The translations under genes and the position numbers were made by a program. DNA of 64,000 nucleotides from a virus, in the IMG/VR virus record IMGVR_UViG_3300025626_002025, one strand, 5' to 3'. The notes beneath the pieces were generated by a model that saw only the letters and a program-made list of their open reading frames with translations, did not search any database and had not been told where the DNA came from. Positions 20,290-29,818 of this stretch are shown piece by piece (position 1 is the stretch's first letter; every line of letters starts with the position of its first letter).

Positions 20290-21441
20290 TTATCCTACAT
20301 AAATATTTAAAGGAACACGAGTCATTACTTGTTGTTGTTGTTCAACCATAGCTGCTTCGTTCTCCATTCGTACTTTTTTACTAACCGCATCAAGATTTTC
20401 TCTTAATTGTTCAATTAATGAATCTTTTTCTGTTTGAGCTTCAGCTCTAAGTGCTGCACCATCTAAAGAAACTTCAGAACCAGGAATAGGAACTGTATTA
20501 TATTTCTCTCTAACTGCACCTAATATCTCTTTTGCTAAAGCAAGTGTATATTTTCTAATCCATTGTCTACCAACATCATTAATTTTAGTGTATTTAGCAA
20601 AATCATATCCTACATTTGAATAATCAGATACTACATCAGGTAGTATAATAGTATTGTTTTCTCTTCTATCTTTTACAACTTGATATTCAAACCATAACTT
20701 GTATTCGGATGCTGGTTTTGGTAAAATTGTTATCTTATTATTTACGATATTAAAAGAGTGTGCAGATTTTCTAATCTGGTCATTGAATTCAATCTGTTGA
20801 ATTCTTAACATATCTTCATAAATCGGCATCATAATAAATTGTGCTGCTGGTGAGAATGAACCGAACCCAAATTCATCAACTAAGTTAAGAGTTCCTTGTC
20901 CACTTACTGAATAAGGGTCAAAGAATCTTTGTATAGCTGGTGAAGATTCGTAATAAACTGTTGTTACATCAATTCTTTCATTACTTTCAGAAGCATCACC
21001 CCATAAAGATTGTAAATCATATGATTGTGTACCAGGACCTACATCTATATATCCTTTTTTGATATCTGCTCTACCACCAACGTTAGCAAGGTTACCATAT
21101 CCTTCTGCTATTGTTACGATATTATTTATTTCCGAACCATTTACTGATTTACCTTGGTAGTTGGAACCCGTTGTTTGTCCTTCAAGAGCTCCTAAGTTAT
21201 TTCTTATATTAAATTGATTTACTTGTGCAGAATACTCAGATACTGCTTCTTCAAATACAGCAAAAAAGTTTTCTCCTTGTAATTCTATATCAATAATAGG
21301 ATATCCTAATCTTTTTGCACACCATGATGCAACTTTAGGTGCATCTGATTGAAATGCAGCATCTGTATCATAAATTCCAAATGGAGTTGATGAACCTGAT
21401 GTAAAGGTGGATGTTCCTGTCCAAATTCTTGCTTGAGACAT
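20290..21441 (-). CDS. T4 gp13-like neck (head-tail adaptor) protein
   Basis: RLGYPIIDIEL...EA and WIRKYTLALAKEILG.VR.KY..IPG..VSLDG motifs. Confidence 0.8.
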   Translation of the reverse strand: MSQARIWTGTSTFTSGSSTPFGIYDTDAAFQSDAPKVASWCAKRLGYPIIDIELQGENFFAVFEEAVSEYSAQVNQFNIRNNLGALEGQTTGSNYQGKSVNGSEINNIVTIAEGYGNLANVGGRADIKKGYIDVGPGTQSYDLQSLWGDASESNERIDVTTVYYESSPAIQRFFDPYSVSGQGTLNLVDEFGFGSFSPAAQFIMMPIYEDMLRIQQIEFNDQIRKSAHSFNIVNNKITILPKPASEYKLWFEYQVVKDRRENNTIILPDVVSDYSNVGYDFAKYTKINDVGRQWIRKYTLALAKEILGAVREKYNTVPIPGSEVSLDGAALRAEAQTEKDSLIEQLRENLDAVSKKVRMENEAAMVEQQQQVMTRVPLNIYVG

Positions 21442-21474
21442 ATATTTTATTCCTTAGTTATACAATTATACTCT

Positions 21475-21482
21475 TATAAATA
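21475..21482 (-). promoter_or_regulatory. Putative late promoter TATTTATA
   Basis: Intergenic octamer upstream of the neck gene. Confidence 0.6.
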
Positions 21483-21511
21483 TAAAATAAACGAAAAGGA
21501 GGGTATAATAT

Positions 21512-21546
21512 AAAAAAAGAGGGAAACCTTTTCAGGAATCCCTCTT
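21512..21546 (-). terminator. Rho-independent terminator after major capsid gene
   Basis: aagaggga...tccctctt stem followed by a T-run on the minus strand. Confidence 0.75.
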
Positions 21547-21596
21547 AAATTATTGATACTCTATTAGAATATCTAAGTTTAAAACTTAATTAACGA

Positions 21597-23189
21597 TTAT
21601 ACGTTAGCTAAATCTTTTACATAGATTTTTCCGTAGAATTCAGGTCTAACCATTTTCTTAGCGTATCTCGTCATAACTCCTCTTCTTGGAGTGAAGTTAG
21701 TCGGGTCATACACTAAAGGTGTCATGATTAATGGTACATACGGTGCATAAACAGCTCCAGTTTCAAGGAAATTACTTCCTTTAAATCCTAACAAGATTTC
21801 GTTTGAAGTCATGTAAGGGTTTTTGTAAACTGTGTATCTGTTTGCAATAGAACCAACAGTAGTTACACCAGCTGCGAAAGATGTTGCATCTTTATCAGCA
21901 GAAACAGTAAATCCTGGGATAGATTCTAAAATTGTACATACGTCTGGAGAAGCAACAACGAAGTTTGCTCCACCTCTAAGTGTTAATTGGTGAATCTTGT
22001 TAGAAACTTTGTTAAGTTTCGCTCCAAGAGTCTGGAACCAAGAGTTCTTAGTATAAGCAGCTGAATTAGTTCCAGCAACCCATGCACCAGTTGAAGAGTT
22101 ATACTCCTCACCTAAAGATACAGACCAGTATTCAGTAGTTAAAGCGTTAGCTTTTAACATATCAAGGATTTCAAGGTCAATCTCTAATGAGATGTACTCT
22201 GATAACATTGAAGTTAATTCAGCTTCAGCATCAATACTGTGGTATGCATTTAAATCTTGTGCTAATTCAGGTGTCCATACAGCCTTTAGTTTTCTAGTCT
22301 TAGCAACAATTGCTTCAGACTTTAATTCTAAATCAACTTCAGGAATACCAACATCAGCTCCAGTTTTATCTTCAAAATCACCTCTGTTTTCAGCAATTGG
22401 CTGTTGAGAATGTTTTACAGTAAGAGCATCTACGAAATCCTTACCATCTCCACCTTTTGCGAAAAATTCGATGTTTGCACCATTTACTTTAGAGTAAGCT
22501 GGGTAAAAAGCATCTGCCGCTGAAAAATCAGAAGCTGAAATATAGAAACTTCTTACAGCATCTAAATCAGGTCTTGATAATCCTGCATGAGCGATTACAA
22601 CTTTTTGAATCTCGTTATCAGCAACTGATGCAGATAATGCAGAATCATATTGTACGTCTGCCCATGAAGCAGTTGTAGCAGTTACAGAACCAGCAGCGAT
22701 ATCAATAGATACATCGTTTGCAGAGTATCCAAATCTACCTTCACCATATAAACCATTTACAGCTGAATCAGTTGAACCTAAGTCAGCTCCAGTACCACCA
22801 AAAAGTGAATTACCACTAAATCCAGGATTACCTGGTTGAGCAGTACCATACTTAAAGTCTAAATAAAAGATTAGACCAGAAGGAAGGTTCATTGGTTGTA
22901 CACTAACGAATTCTTTCGATGCAATTTCACCGAAGATACGTCTTACTAATGGAAGGGCTACCCCACTCCATTCTTCACTACCAGCTGATGTACCAGTTGC
23001 AGTGGATTCGTCAAGCAATTGTTTTGCTTGATTTTCTAACAATACAGAAATCTGTGATTGTTCTCTTTCTCCTAAACCTTCTAAAAGTCCAGTTTGTTCC
23101 CATTTTCCTTTAAGCTCTCTTGTTTCAGCAAGCATAACTGATTGTGGGTTCTTTCCTTCCATTAGTTTAGATAAATCAAAATTTGCCAT
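21597..23189 (-). CDS. gp23: Major capsid protein (T4 gp23-like)
   Basis: VSVQPMNLPSGLIFYL, AKTRKLKAVWTPELAQDLNAYH, YAPYVPL and F.PRRGVMTRY motifs. Confidence 0.97.
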   Translation of the reverse strand: MANFDLSKLMEGKNPQSVMLAETRELKGKWEQTGLLEGLGEREQSQISVLLENQAKQLLDESTATGTSAGSEEWSGVALPLVRRIFGEIASKEFVSVQPMNLPSGLIFYLDFKYGTAQPGNPGFSGNSLFGGTGADLGSTDSAVNGLYGEGRFGYSANDVSIDIAAGSVTATTASWADVQYDSALSASVADNEIQKVVIAHAGLSRPDLDAVRSFYISASDFSAADAFYPAYSKVNGANIEFFAKGGDGKDFVDALTVKHSQQPIAENRGDFEDKTGADVGIPEVDLELKSEAIVAKTRKLKAVWTPELAQDLNAYHSIDAEAELTSMLSEYISLEIDLEILDMLKANALTTEYWSVSLGEEYNSSTGAWVAGTNSAAYTKNSWFQTLGAKLNKVSNKIHQLTLRGGANFVVASPDVCTILESIPGFTVSADKDATSFAAGVTTVGSIANRYTVYKNPYMTSNEILLGFKGSNFLETGAVYAPYVPLIMTPLVYDPTNFTPRRGVMTRYAKKMVRPEFYGKIYVKDLANV

Positions 23190-23217
23190 TTTTATTTTCT
23201 CCTTAAATGTTTGTTAA

Positions 23218-24369
23218 TTAATTAATGTTAGCAAGTTTCTTAAATCTATCCGCCATCGTGTTAGTTGATTCAGCTATTACTTCTTTCGAAGGAGCAGTTG
23301 ATGCAACTGATTTAGATGCGAATGATTCATTAATCTTACTTGATTTTACTTTTTTCTTAGTTCCATTAAACTTAAATGATTCAGCTAATGTGCTAAATAC
23401 AAGTTTAACTTCTCTAACGTTACCTGTTCTATCTAATGTTTCAACAACTTTCATTTTCTGGTCGTTAGTTAAATCATAAGAACGGAACAATTTGTTTGTA
23501 TAAAGTAATTTTGCGTTAAGCAAGTTTACTTCATTGATAGTAGATTTAAGTTCCTTGATTGTACTCATTGCTTCTTCTAGTTCAGCTTGAGCTTCTTCAA
23601 GTTCGTTAGTTTCCTCTACAACTTCTTCAGAGTCTTCTTCAGATTCATCAATATCTCCGTATCCCATTTCTTTTAGGATTTCGTTTAAGTCGATGTCTTC
23701 ATCTAAGTCTTCTTCTTCTTCTTCAGATACAGTTTCATCTACTTCTTCTTCAGAGTCTTCACCTTCATTGTGGTGTTCATCTTCGTGAGATTCGATTTCA
23801 TCAGAAGCGATATCAGATACTTGTTCTTCTTCCTCACCATCAAGTTCTTCAGCAACGTCATCAGATTCTTCCTCATGAGAGTCTTCGTCTAATTCTGATT
23901 CTAATTCTTTAATGATTGATTCTAAATCAAGTTCATCTTCATCAGATTCTTCTTCAGAGTCCATAGTTTCTTCTACTTCTTCTTCTTCAGCTTCTTCTTC
24001 AGATTCTTCTTCAGCTTCTTCTTCAGCTTCTTCTTCTTCAGATACGTCTTCAGCGGTGATTTCTTCTTCACCATCTTCGTTGTACTCGCCTTCAGATACT
24101 TCTTCTTCAGATACAGTTTCAGTTGATTCTTCAACTTCTTCTTTATCTTCGTCTTCAGTTACTTCAGCTTCTTCTACTACTTCGTTTTCTTCAATTTCTT
24201 CTGCCTCTTCATCTGCTCCTTCAATTTCTTGTTGAAGTTTCTGAGATAGAATAGATTGTAAACGAGGTGTAAAAGCTTCTTCTAAAGCTATTTTAGCATT
24301 TGCAATTGCAGTTTCTCTAACCATTTTTGCATCAGCGATAGCTTCTTTTAACAAATTTGAGTTTGCCAT
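23218..24369 (-). CDS. Prohead core/scaffolding protein (gp22-like, very acidic)
   Basis: Glu/Asp-rich and coiled-coil, directly upstream of the capsid gene, with many xxE potential protease sites. Confidence 0.8.
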   Translation of the reverse strand: MANSNLLKEAIADAKMVRETAIANAKIALEEAFTPRLQSILSQKLQQEIEGADEEAEEIEENEVVEEAEVTEDEDKEEVEESTETVSEEEVSEGEYNEDGEEEITAEDVSEEEEAEEEAEEESEEEAEEEEVEETMDSEEESDEDELDLESIIKELESELDEDSHEEESDDVAEELDGEEEEQVSDIASDEIESHEDEHHNEGEDSEEEVDETVSEEEEEDLDEDIDLNEILKEMGYGDIDESEEDSEEVVEETNELEEAQAELEEAMSTIKELKSTINEVNLLNAKLLYTNKLFRSYDLTNDQKMKVVETLDRTGNVREVKLVFSTLAESFKFNGTKKKVKSSKINESFASKSVASTAPSKEVIAESTNTMADRFKKLANIN

Positions 24370-24519
24370 AATAGTTACCTTTCGTTTTGTGTTCGTGAAA
24401 ATATTTAAGGATTTTCAATAAGATTATTGTAAAACGGTTTGTTTGGTCACCCTACATAAGATAATCGTGGGTATTCATAAACCTAAGATAAGAACCTACA
24501 TTAAGTAGGTTATTCAGTA

Positions 24520-24527
24520 TATAAATA
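24520..24527 (-). promoter_or_regulatory. Putative late promoter TATTTATA with leader hairpin (24493-24511)
   Basis: Octamer followed by the AACCTAC-N5-GTAGGTT inverted repeat, upstream of the scaffold and capsid genes. Confidence 0.6.
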
Positions 24528-24547
24528 TACAATCTATAACAAAAACG

Positions 24548-24850
24548 TTATTTTTTTGTATCTTTATTTTCTTTTTTTGGATTGTTGGGCTTTTTCTTTC
24601 GTTTTTTAGTAAACATCTTAACAGTTGTATCACCACCTTCTATCTTTTCTAAAATAGTTTGTTTCTGTTGTTCTCTAACTGCTAATTGTTTTTCTCTTCT
24701 ACGGACTGTTGTTGGTTTTTTGTAGTATCTTCTTTCTCGAAGTTCTAAAAGATGTTCAGAGTCATTTACTAATCTTTTATATTTTTTAAGTGCTCTGTTG
24801 ATATCTCCTTTGATTACCTTAACAGAAACAATTGCTTTCTTTTTGCTCAT
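24548..24850 (-). CDS. rpsU: Phage-encoded 30S ribosomal protein bS21 with basic C-terminal extension
   Basis: V.V..GDINRALKKYKR...LLELRERRYYKKPTTVRR is the bS21 signature. Its position in the head cluster is as known for bS21 phages. Confidence 0.9.
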   Translation of the reverse strand: MSKKKAIVSVKVIKGDINRALKKYKRLVNDSEHLLELRERRYYKKPTTVRRREKQLAVREQQKQTILEKIEGGDTTVKMFTKKRKKKPNNPKKENKDTKK

Positions 24851-24887
24851 TCTCCTAATTTTAATTGTAACAATGTTTTTTACTTTA

Positions 24888-24895
24888 TATAAGTA
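24888..24895 (-). promoter_or_regulatory. Putative late promoter variant TACTTATA
   Basis: One-mismatch octamer upstream of bS21. Confidence 0.5.
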
Positions 24896-24909
24896 TATAT
24901 AATTTTAAT

Positions 24910-25254
24910 TTAAGAACCTTTACCAGTTCCTGATTTTCTTCCTTTTGTGTGCGTAGAAACGTTTATAGGTTTTTTACCTTGTCCTGCTGATTGAGAACCA
25001 CCACGATTAGATTTGTTCTGTGCTGCTCTTTTTCTACGAGTTGCAGATTCTTTTTCTTTTTTACTCATGGATTTAGCTTTAGAAGCAGGAACACATTTAG
25101 CATATCCTTTCTTCTCACCACTTGTACCACATGGAGGATGTTTACCACTTTTATCTTTCTTACCGATATTAACCCATTTAGATTTAAACCAGTTACGAAG
25201 GTCTTCGTTGGTTGTTTCTTCGAATATCTCATCTATGATATTTTGAAGTTTCAT
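24910..25254 (-). CDS. Basic Cys-containing putative internal head protein
   Basis: Acidic leader ending TTNE, then LRNWFKSKWVNI...CG...KCVP, a motif recognised from large-virus hypothetical proteins. Confidence 0.55.
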   Translation of the reverse strand: MKLQNIIDEIFEETTNEDLRNWFKSKWVNIGKKDKSGKHPPCGTSGEKKGYAKCVPASKAKSMSKKEKESATRRKRAAQNKSNRGGSQSAGQGKKPINVSTHTKGRKSGTGKGS

Positions 25255-26672
25255 TACTTACCTAATTGGAATAATTTTTCTTCAACAGCTGCATTAGTTC
25301 TGTAATCGTAATGTTTTGGATTTACTCCAAAATCTTTTAGGGATTTTTCTAACCAAATTCTATATTTGTTTTTTCCATACTTTTTTTCCATTACAGAAAG
25401 TACATCATAAAACTTAGTTTCTTTATTACCTACTTTTTTTACTAATCCTTTTATTTCGGATTTATCTTCTACCATTGGATTATATCCTTGTGGTACTCCA
25501 TCTCCTTTACCTTCAGCAAATTTCATCAATCCTCTTACTCTTTTTATTAATGTACCTGCAGGAATCCCATAGGTATCACTCATTACATCTTGAGTAAACT
25601 TGTTTGATAGGAAGTTAGATAATTCTTTTTTAGTTGCAATACCACTCTTAAAATCATCTCTTGCAATCTTATCTAATTCTTTAGCATCTATCTTACCTTT
25701 GAAATATGCAGTAAGTGCATCTGCTTTGTAGTTGTATTTTGCTTCGTTTACTGATTCACCGAATCCATAAACATATCCACCTTTGTGTAAAGTGTTAACA
25801 AACTTTGCTAAATCTTTTTTGTTTTTGAAAGTTTGGATATCAAAGAAATCACTACCATCTTTATGTTTCTTTTTACCATCGTGATAAGAGATTGTGTATT
25901 TTGCTGAACCAACTCTATCTTGTTGGTAGTATCTTTTTTTACCTTCGTTTACTGATTCATTTTTAAATGGATTAAATAAACCTCGTTTACTTACTTCCTT
26001 CTCAGTAGATGGTGCAACCTTTGCCTTAGTTTGATGTTTGAATTTAATTGGATTATATTTTTCCAACTTATCAACATCCACATTTCCATCAGCATCAGTT
26101 TTAACTTCACCATACTTATCATCACCCATTCTTACGATACCAACAGTTTTAGTTCTTTTGTTATAAACTAAATCATCTACTTTGAACTTACCTTCGTTTA
26201 CTGATTCGTTCTTAGAAACCAATTCATCTACATCTTTATGAACATCTTTATAGTTGTTAAATTTTTGTTTACGAATTGCACTATACAAGGCGATTGTATA
26301 TTTTTGTGAGTTGTTGTGGATTCTTCTTTTAATAAATTCTGCAGGTTTTTGTTTTAGATTTGGTTTAGTACTCATTTCTAATGCATTTACCATTGATGAG
26401 AATTCTTGAAATGATTCAAATGATTTTCTTTTATTACCATCTGAAATGAACTCCTCTATATACGATATAGCCGAATCCATGTTTCCTTTATGTGCATCAA
26501 GTAATTTCTGTGCACCTTTATCATTTTTTTCTAAAGCTCTTTTGAAGTTTCCAATTTGAGTTTTAGCTAATCCTTTATTATTAAAGTAATCTCTTTTATC
26601 GAAAATAGCATATACTTTTTCGAATTCTTTGTTTGGAGATTTGAATCTTTCGTTGATTAACATTTCTTCCAT
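25254..26672 (-). CDS. Multi-cassette putative internal head polyprotein (probable start 26663, MLINE)
   Basis: Unrelated ~65-150-aa segments separated by three ESVNE motifs. GGAGG precedes the second ATG. Confidence 0.65.
   Translation of the reverse strand: MEEMLINERFKSPNKEFEKVYAIFDKRDYFNNKGLAKTQIGNFKRALEKNDKGAQKLLDAHKGNMDSAISYIEEFISDGNKRKSFESFQEFSSMVNALEMSTKPNLKQKPAEFIKRRIHNNSQKYTIALYSAIRKQKFNNYKDVHKDVDELVSKNESVNEGKFKVDDLVYNKRTKTVGIVRMGDDKYGEVKTDADGNVDVDKLEKYNPIKFKHQTKAKVAPSTEKEVSKRGLFNPFKNESVNEGKKRYYQQDRVGSAKYTISYHDGKKKHKDGSDFFDIQTFKNKKDLAKFVNTLHKGGYVYGFGESVNEAKYNYKADALTAYFKGKIDAKELDKIARDDFKSGIATKKELSNFLSNKFTQDVMSDTYGIPAGTLIKRVRGLMKFAEGKGDGVPQGYNPMVEDKSEIKGLVKKVGNKETKFYDVLSVMEKKYGKNKYRIWLEKSLKDFGVNPKHYDYRTNAAVEEKLFQLGK
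25742..26207. repeat. Three identical 16-bp direct repeats cttcgtttactgattc (encode ESVNE)
   Basis: Copies at 25742-25757, 25943-25958 and 26192-26207. The last two share 20 bp. Confidence 0.9.
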
Positions 26673-27409
26673 CCTCCACCTGCTGCTTTATATTTCTTAG
26701 CTGCCCAACCATTAGCATATGCTGATGGGTAAACATCAAATTTCTTTTTTGCTTGTGATTTGTAAGAACTCCATTTACTGGCATCAGTAGGACAATTTTC
26801 CTCCATTAGAGTTTCAACCTTTTGGCCAAACTCATATAATGCAGTTTCTTGTTCGTTTAAATCAGTTACTTCTTTTATTGTAGTAGTGATAGAACCATCA
26901 TCGTTTCTCATTGATATAGATACAGGTTCTTCGTTTAAAGATTCGTTACATCCACCTTCAGTTGTTCCATTACAACCACAACCACAATCTTCTTTAGATT
27001 CGTTCATTCCTAAACGTTCTTTCATTTGGTCTTCTGTAATTTCTCCTATTTTGTAGTATCTTGAAAGAATATGTCCCATATCTTCATATAATCCACCCAT
27101 TCTTTGGTCAAGTGCCTTAGCTTCAAGAGCAACTTTATCGAATTGTTTACCCAACTTATCCAATTCACTCATGTTTCTTTTAATCGTGTGTTTATCAAAC
27201 CAATCATCACCTTCGTGAATTGCTAATGTTCTAGCTGCTTCTGTAATACCACCAAGTGTTTCTGCCACTTGAGTAATATCAGATTTTCTATCCATTGATT
27301 CTTGATATTTGTTGTAAGTAGAAACGATTTCTAAGAAGTGTTTTTTAACTTCTAAAGAAAGAGGTCTCTTTTCTTCTGATTCGTTTATTAGTTGGGTTAA
27401 TTTAATCAT
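26657..27409 (-). CDS. Putative internal head protein (MIKLTQLINE leader; C-terminal VYPSAYANGW basic domain)
   Basis: Leader plus internal MNE, LNE and LME sites, a helical domain and a small basic domain. Confidence 0.6.
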   Translation of the reverse strand: MIKLTQLINESEEKRPLSLEVKKHFLEIVSTYNKYQESMDRKSDITQVAETLGGITEAARTLAIHEGDDWFDKHTIKRNMSELDKLGKQFDKVALEAKALDQRMGGLYEDMGHILSRYYKIGEITEDQMKERLGMNESKEDCGCGCNGTTEGGCNESLNEEPVSISMRNDDGSITTTIKEVTDLNEQETALYEFGQKVETLMEENCPTDASKWSSYKSQAKKKFDVYPSAYANGWAAKKYKAAGGGWKKC

Positions 27410-27421
27410 TGGATTCTCCTA

Positions 27422-27655
27422 TTATTTAATTCTTTTTAATATTTTATGAAGATATTGCAATCTATCAATAGCATCTTTACAATGGTCCATTGCTTCTAGT
27501 ATTGCACTTTCATCAATCATTTCTTCAATAAGTTCAATATCATTCTGAACTGCTCCAACTGTACCCTTTACAACTTTAACAAGTTTCTTATCAGGTTGTT
27601 TATATGGTGCTTCATTCATTGAACTTTCGTTCATTAGTTGAGCTAATTTAATCAT
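27422..27655 (-). CDS. Small putative internal head protein (MIKLAQLMNE leader)
   Basis: Same leader as its neighbours; strong TAAGGAG upstream. Confidence 0.6.
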   Translation of the reverse strand: MIKLAQLMNESSMNEAPYKQPDKKLVKVVKGTVGAVQNDIELIEEMIDESAILEAMDHCKDAIDRLQYLHKILKRIK

Positions 27656-27665
27656 TGTACTCTCC

Positions 27666-29036
27666 TTAAAATAATTTTTTTAGTTTACTATCTTTGTAAG
27701 TATCAGCGTAATACCACTTCTTATCTTTCATATTGTATAAATATACAAATTCTGCTCCACCACTTCTATCGGCATCTTTTATATATGATTCAATATCTTT
27801 GGAATCACCTTTCATTGGTTGACCATTTTTGTAATATTCAATATCCTTATCATCAAAGATTCCTCTTGCTCCACCCATCTTGATTAGTTTAAGAACATCT
27901 TTATCACTTTTCATGTGATGTTTTAAACCTGGTTTCATATTTGATGGATAACCATCGTAGTGAACGTATGCAGAAATAATCTTACCATTTCTACCAATTA
28001 CACCAACTTGAGAACGAGTTCCTTCGTTGATTACAACTGATTCAGGTATCATATCTGCAATAGATGTTGTTGATTCATTCTTCTCATCAAAGATTGATTG
28101 TATTTTTGCTGCTAATTTATGTGAACCATTCATTTTTAAATCGAATGCAATTGCATCGATTGATTCTTGTCCATCCCAAGATGATTCTCCAGTTGCTGAA
28201 TGAGCGATATCATCAGTACCATCACTTGAATCACCAAATGATGAACCCCATGCAGTACCTTTTTTCCATTCATCATATTCATCTGAGAACATATCTTTTG
28301 GTTTGTTTGGGTCATTTGAAGGATTCTTAGCAAGTTCAGGATTATCTTCTAAAACTGCAATAAGAGCTCTTGATTCAGAATGAAAGTTTGCATCTGTTAA
28401 AGCTTCAACAGCTGCTTGGGACATTCTTTTTTCGTATTCTTCTTTACCTAACTTCTGTGGAGTAACTCCTAAACTCTTTGCTTTGTTACGAACAACTTTG
28501 TTTACTTGAGGATTACCAGGTCTTGGTTTAGATGGTTCTGATTTAGGTTCTTCTCCTTTAGGTTCTTCTTTTGGAGAATCTAAAGTCATTTTCTTATCAA
28601 ATAAATCTTTTAAATCTGCCCTTACATCCGCACTTCTTTCAAAATCATCCCCTGCCGCATCAATATCATCTACTAATGATTTTGCAATTTCCAAATCTCT
28701 TCCTTTAAGATATGGGAATATATCTGATTCTGCATAATCTTGTATTTCATCACCAGGCATATCACCAATATTATTTTGAACATCCTCTATCTGTGCATCG
28801 GTGTTATCATCTCTCTTAGGTTCATCTTTCTTAGGTTTATCAAAGATATTAACTTTAGGAGTATCTTTTTTAGAATCATCACCTTTAGAATCGTTATCAT
28901 CTTTTTTATCATGAGTACCTGCTTTTACTGCAGAATCTCTTGCATCTTTAGATTTAAATACAGAAACCGCACCACTATCTTTATTGATTGCTGTGTATGT
29001 TTCTTCTTCGTTTAAAAGGTCAGTCAATTTAATCAT
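27666..29036 (-). CDS. Putative internal head polyprotein (MIKLTDLLNE leader; C-terminal GTRS...HYDGYP domain)
   Basis: Leader, a module shared with the 1980-aa protein, and an INE|GTRS junction. Confidence 0.65.
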   Translation of the reverse strand: MIKLTDLLNEEETYTAINKDSGAVSVFKSKDARDSAVKAGTHDKKDDNDSKGDDSKKDTPKVNIFDKPKKDEPKRDDNTDAQIEDVQNNIGDMPGDEIQDYAESDIFPYLKGRDLEIAKSLVDDIDAAGDDFERSADVRADLKDLFDKKMTLDSPKEEPKGEEPKSEPSKPRPGNPQVNKVVRNKAKSLGVTPQKLGKEEYEKRMSQAAVEALTDANFHSESRALIAVLEDNPELAKNPSNDPNKPKDMFSDEYDEWKKGTAWGSSFGDSSDGTDDIAHSATGESSWDGQESIDAIAFDLKMNGSHKLAAKIQSIFDEKNESTTSIADMIPESVVINEGTRSQVGVIGRNGKIISAYVHYDGYPSNMKPGLKHHMKSDKDVLKLIKMGGARGIFDDKDIEYYKNGQPMKGDSKDIESYIKDADRSGGAEFVYLYNMKDKKWYYADTYKDSKLKKLF

Positions 29037-29221
29037 AATTCCTTTGTCTCCGTTTTATGTGTATATAAATCAAGTTTACCATCTTCGGTAATCTTAACTT
29101 CATAATTAGTTTTTCTAATATCGTTGTGACCACCTTTATATGGAGTAGTACCAACTTCTCGGGTTACTTTCCCAAGTTTAATTTTATTTTTGGACATATA
29201 GTCCTGTACATTAAATGCCAT
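29033..29221 (-). CDS. Hypothetical protein (62 aa)
   Basis: Fills the gap between the protease and the 456-aa gene, with an overlapping stop/start. Confidence 0.55.
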   Translation of the reverse strand: MAFNVQDYMSKNKIKLGKVTREVGTTPYKGGHNDIRKTNYEVKITEDGKLDLYTHKTETKEL

Positions 29222-29224
29222 AAC

Positions 29225-29818
29225 TTAAGTTATTTCTGTTATAATTTCTCTCATCAAATCTTGTGATTTACACCACTCGTTACAAACTTCACCTTGTTTT
29301 ACTAGTTGTTTGTTAACAGATTCGTTCATCGGAGTCATAAATGCTCCATGTGTTGATGGATTAGAAACAAAATCCCAACCAATCAATTCAAAATCTTCAC
29401 CTACTTGAACTTTACCACCTGATAGAGGTTCTACTGAACCCATACCTCTTGATGATATTCCTAAAAGGATTCCTGCTTTAAGTAGTTCTTTTAAGATGTT
29501 ACCACTTGGAGTTGGTAGTATCTCAACGGTTCCTACTAAATCATCGTTATCCCAATGTATCTCTCTTACGTTATGAGATACGTTCTTTAGGTTGATTACA
29601 GAAGAATCTGGATGGTCTAATTCACCAAGTGCTCTTCTTTCTTTAATAAGTGTTTCGTATTTTTTAGCTTCTCTCATCAAAATTTGTTTTGGATATATTC
29701 TTCCATTTTGATTTTCAGCACCTGCTCGTTGTAAAATACCTTTAACGATAGTTCTTCCACTTTCGTCTTCGTTTACTTTACCTTCGAATAGTTTTGTTTC
29801 TATTAATAAATTTCCCAT
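29225..29818 (-). CDS. gp21: Prohead core protease (T4 gp21-like)
   Basis: NQNGRIYP, ALGELDHP, VSH, TPSGNILK, GISSRGMGS and DFVSNPST motifs. Start placed at the ATG at 29818 (TAATG coupling) rather than the TTG at 29830. Confidence 0.95.
   Translation of the reverse strand: MGNLLIETKLFEGKVNEDESGRTIVKGILQRAGAENQNGRIYPKQILMREAKKYETLIKERRALGELDHPDSSVINLKNVSHNVREIHWDNDDLVGTVEILPTPSGNILKELLKAGILLGISSRGMGSVEPLSGGKVQVGEDFELIGWDFVSNPSTHGAFMTPMNESVNKQLVKQGEVCNEWCKSQDLMREIITEIT

Noticed and set aside
24370-24547. tRNA or known ncRNA in the larger intergenic gaps
   Set aside because: No cloverleaf or T-loop consensus is seen here or in other gaps.
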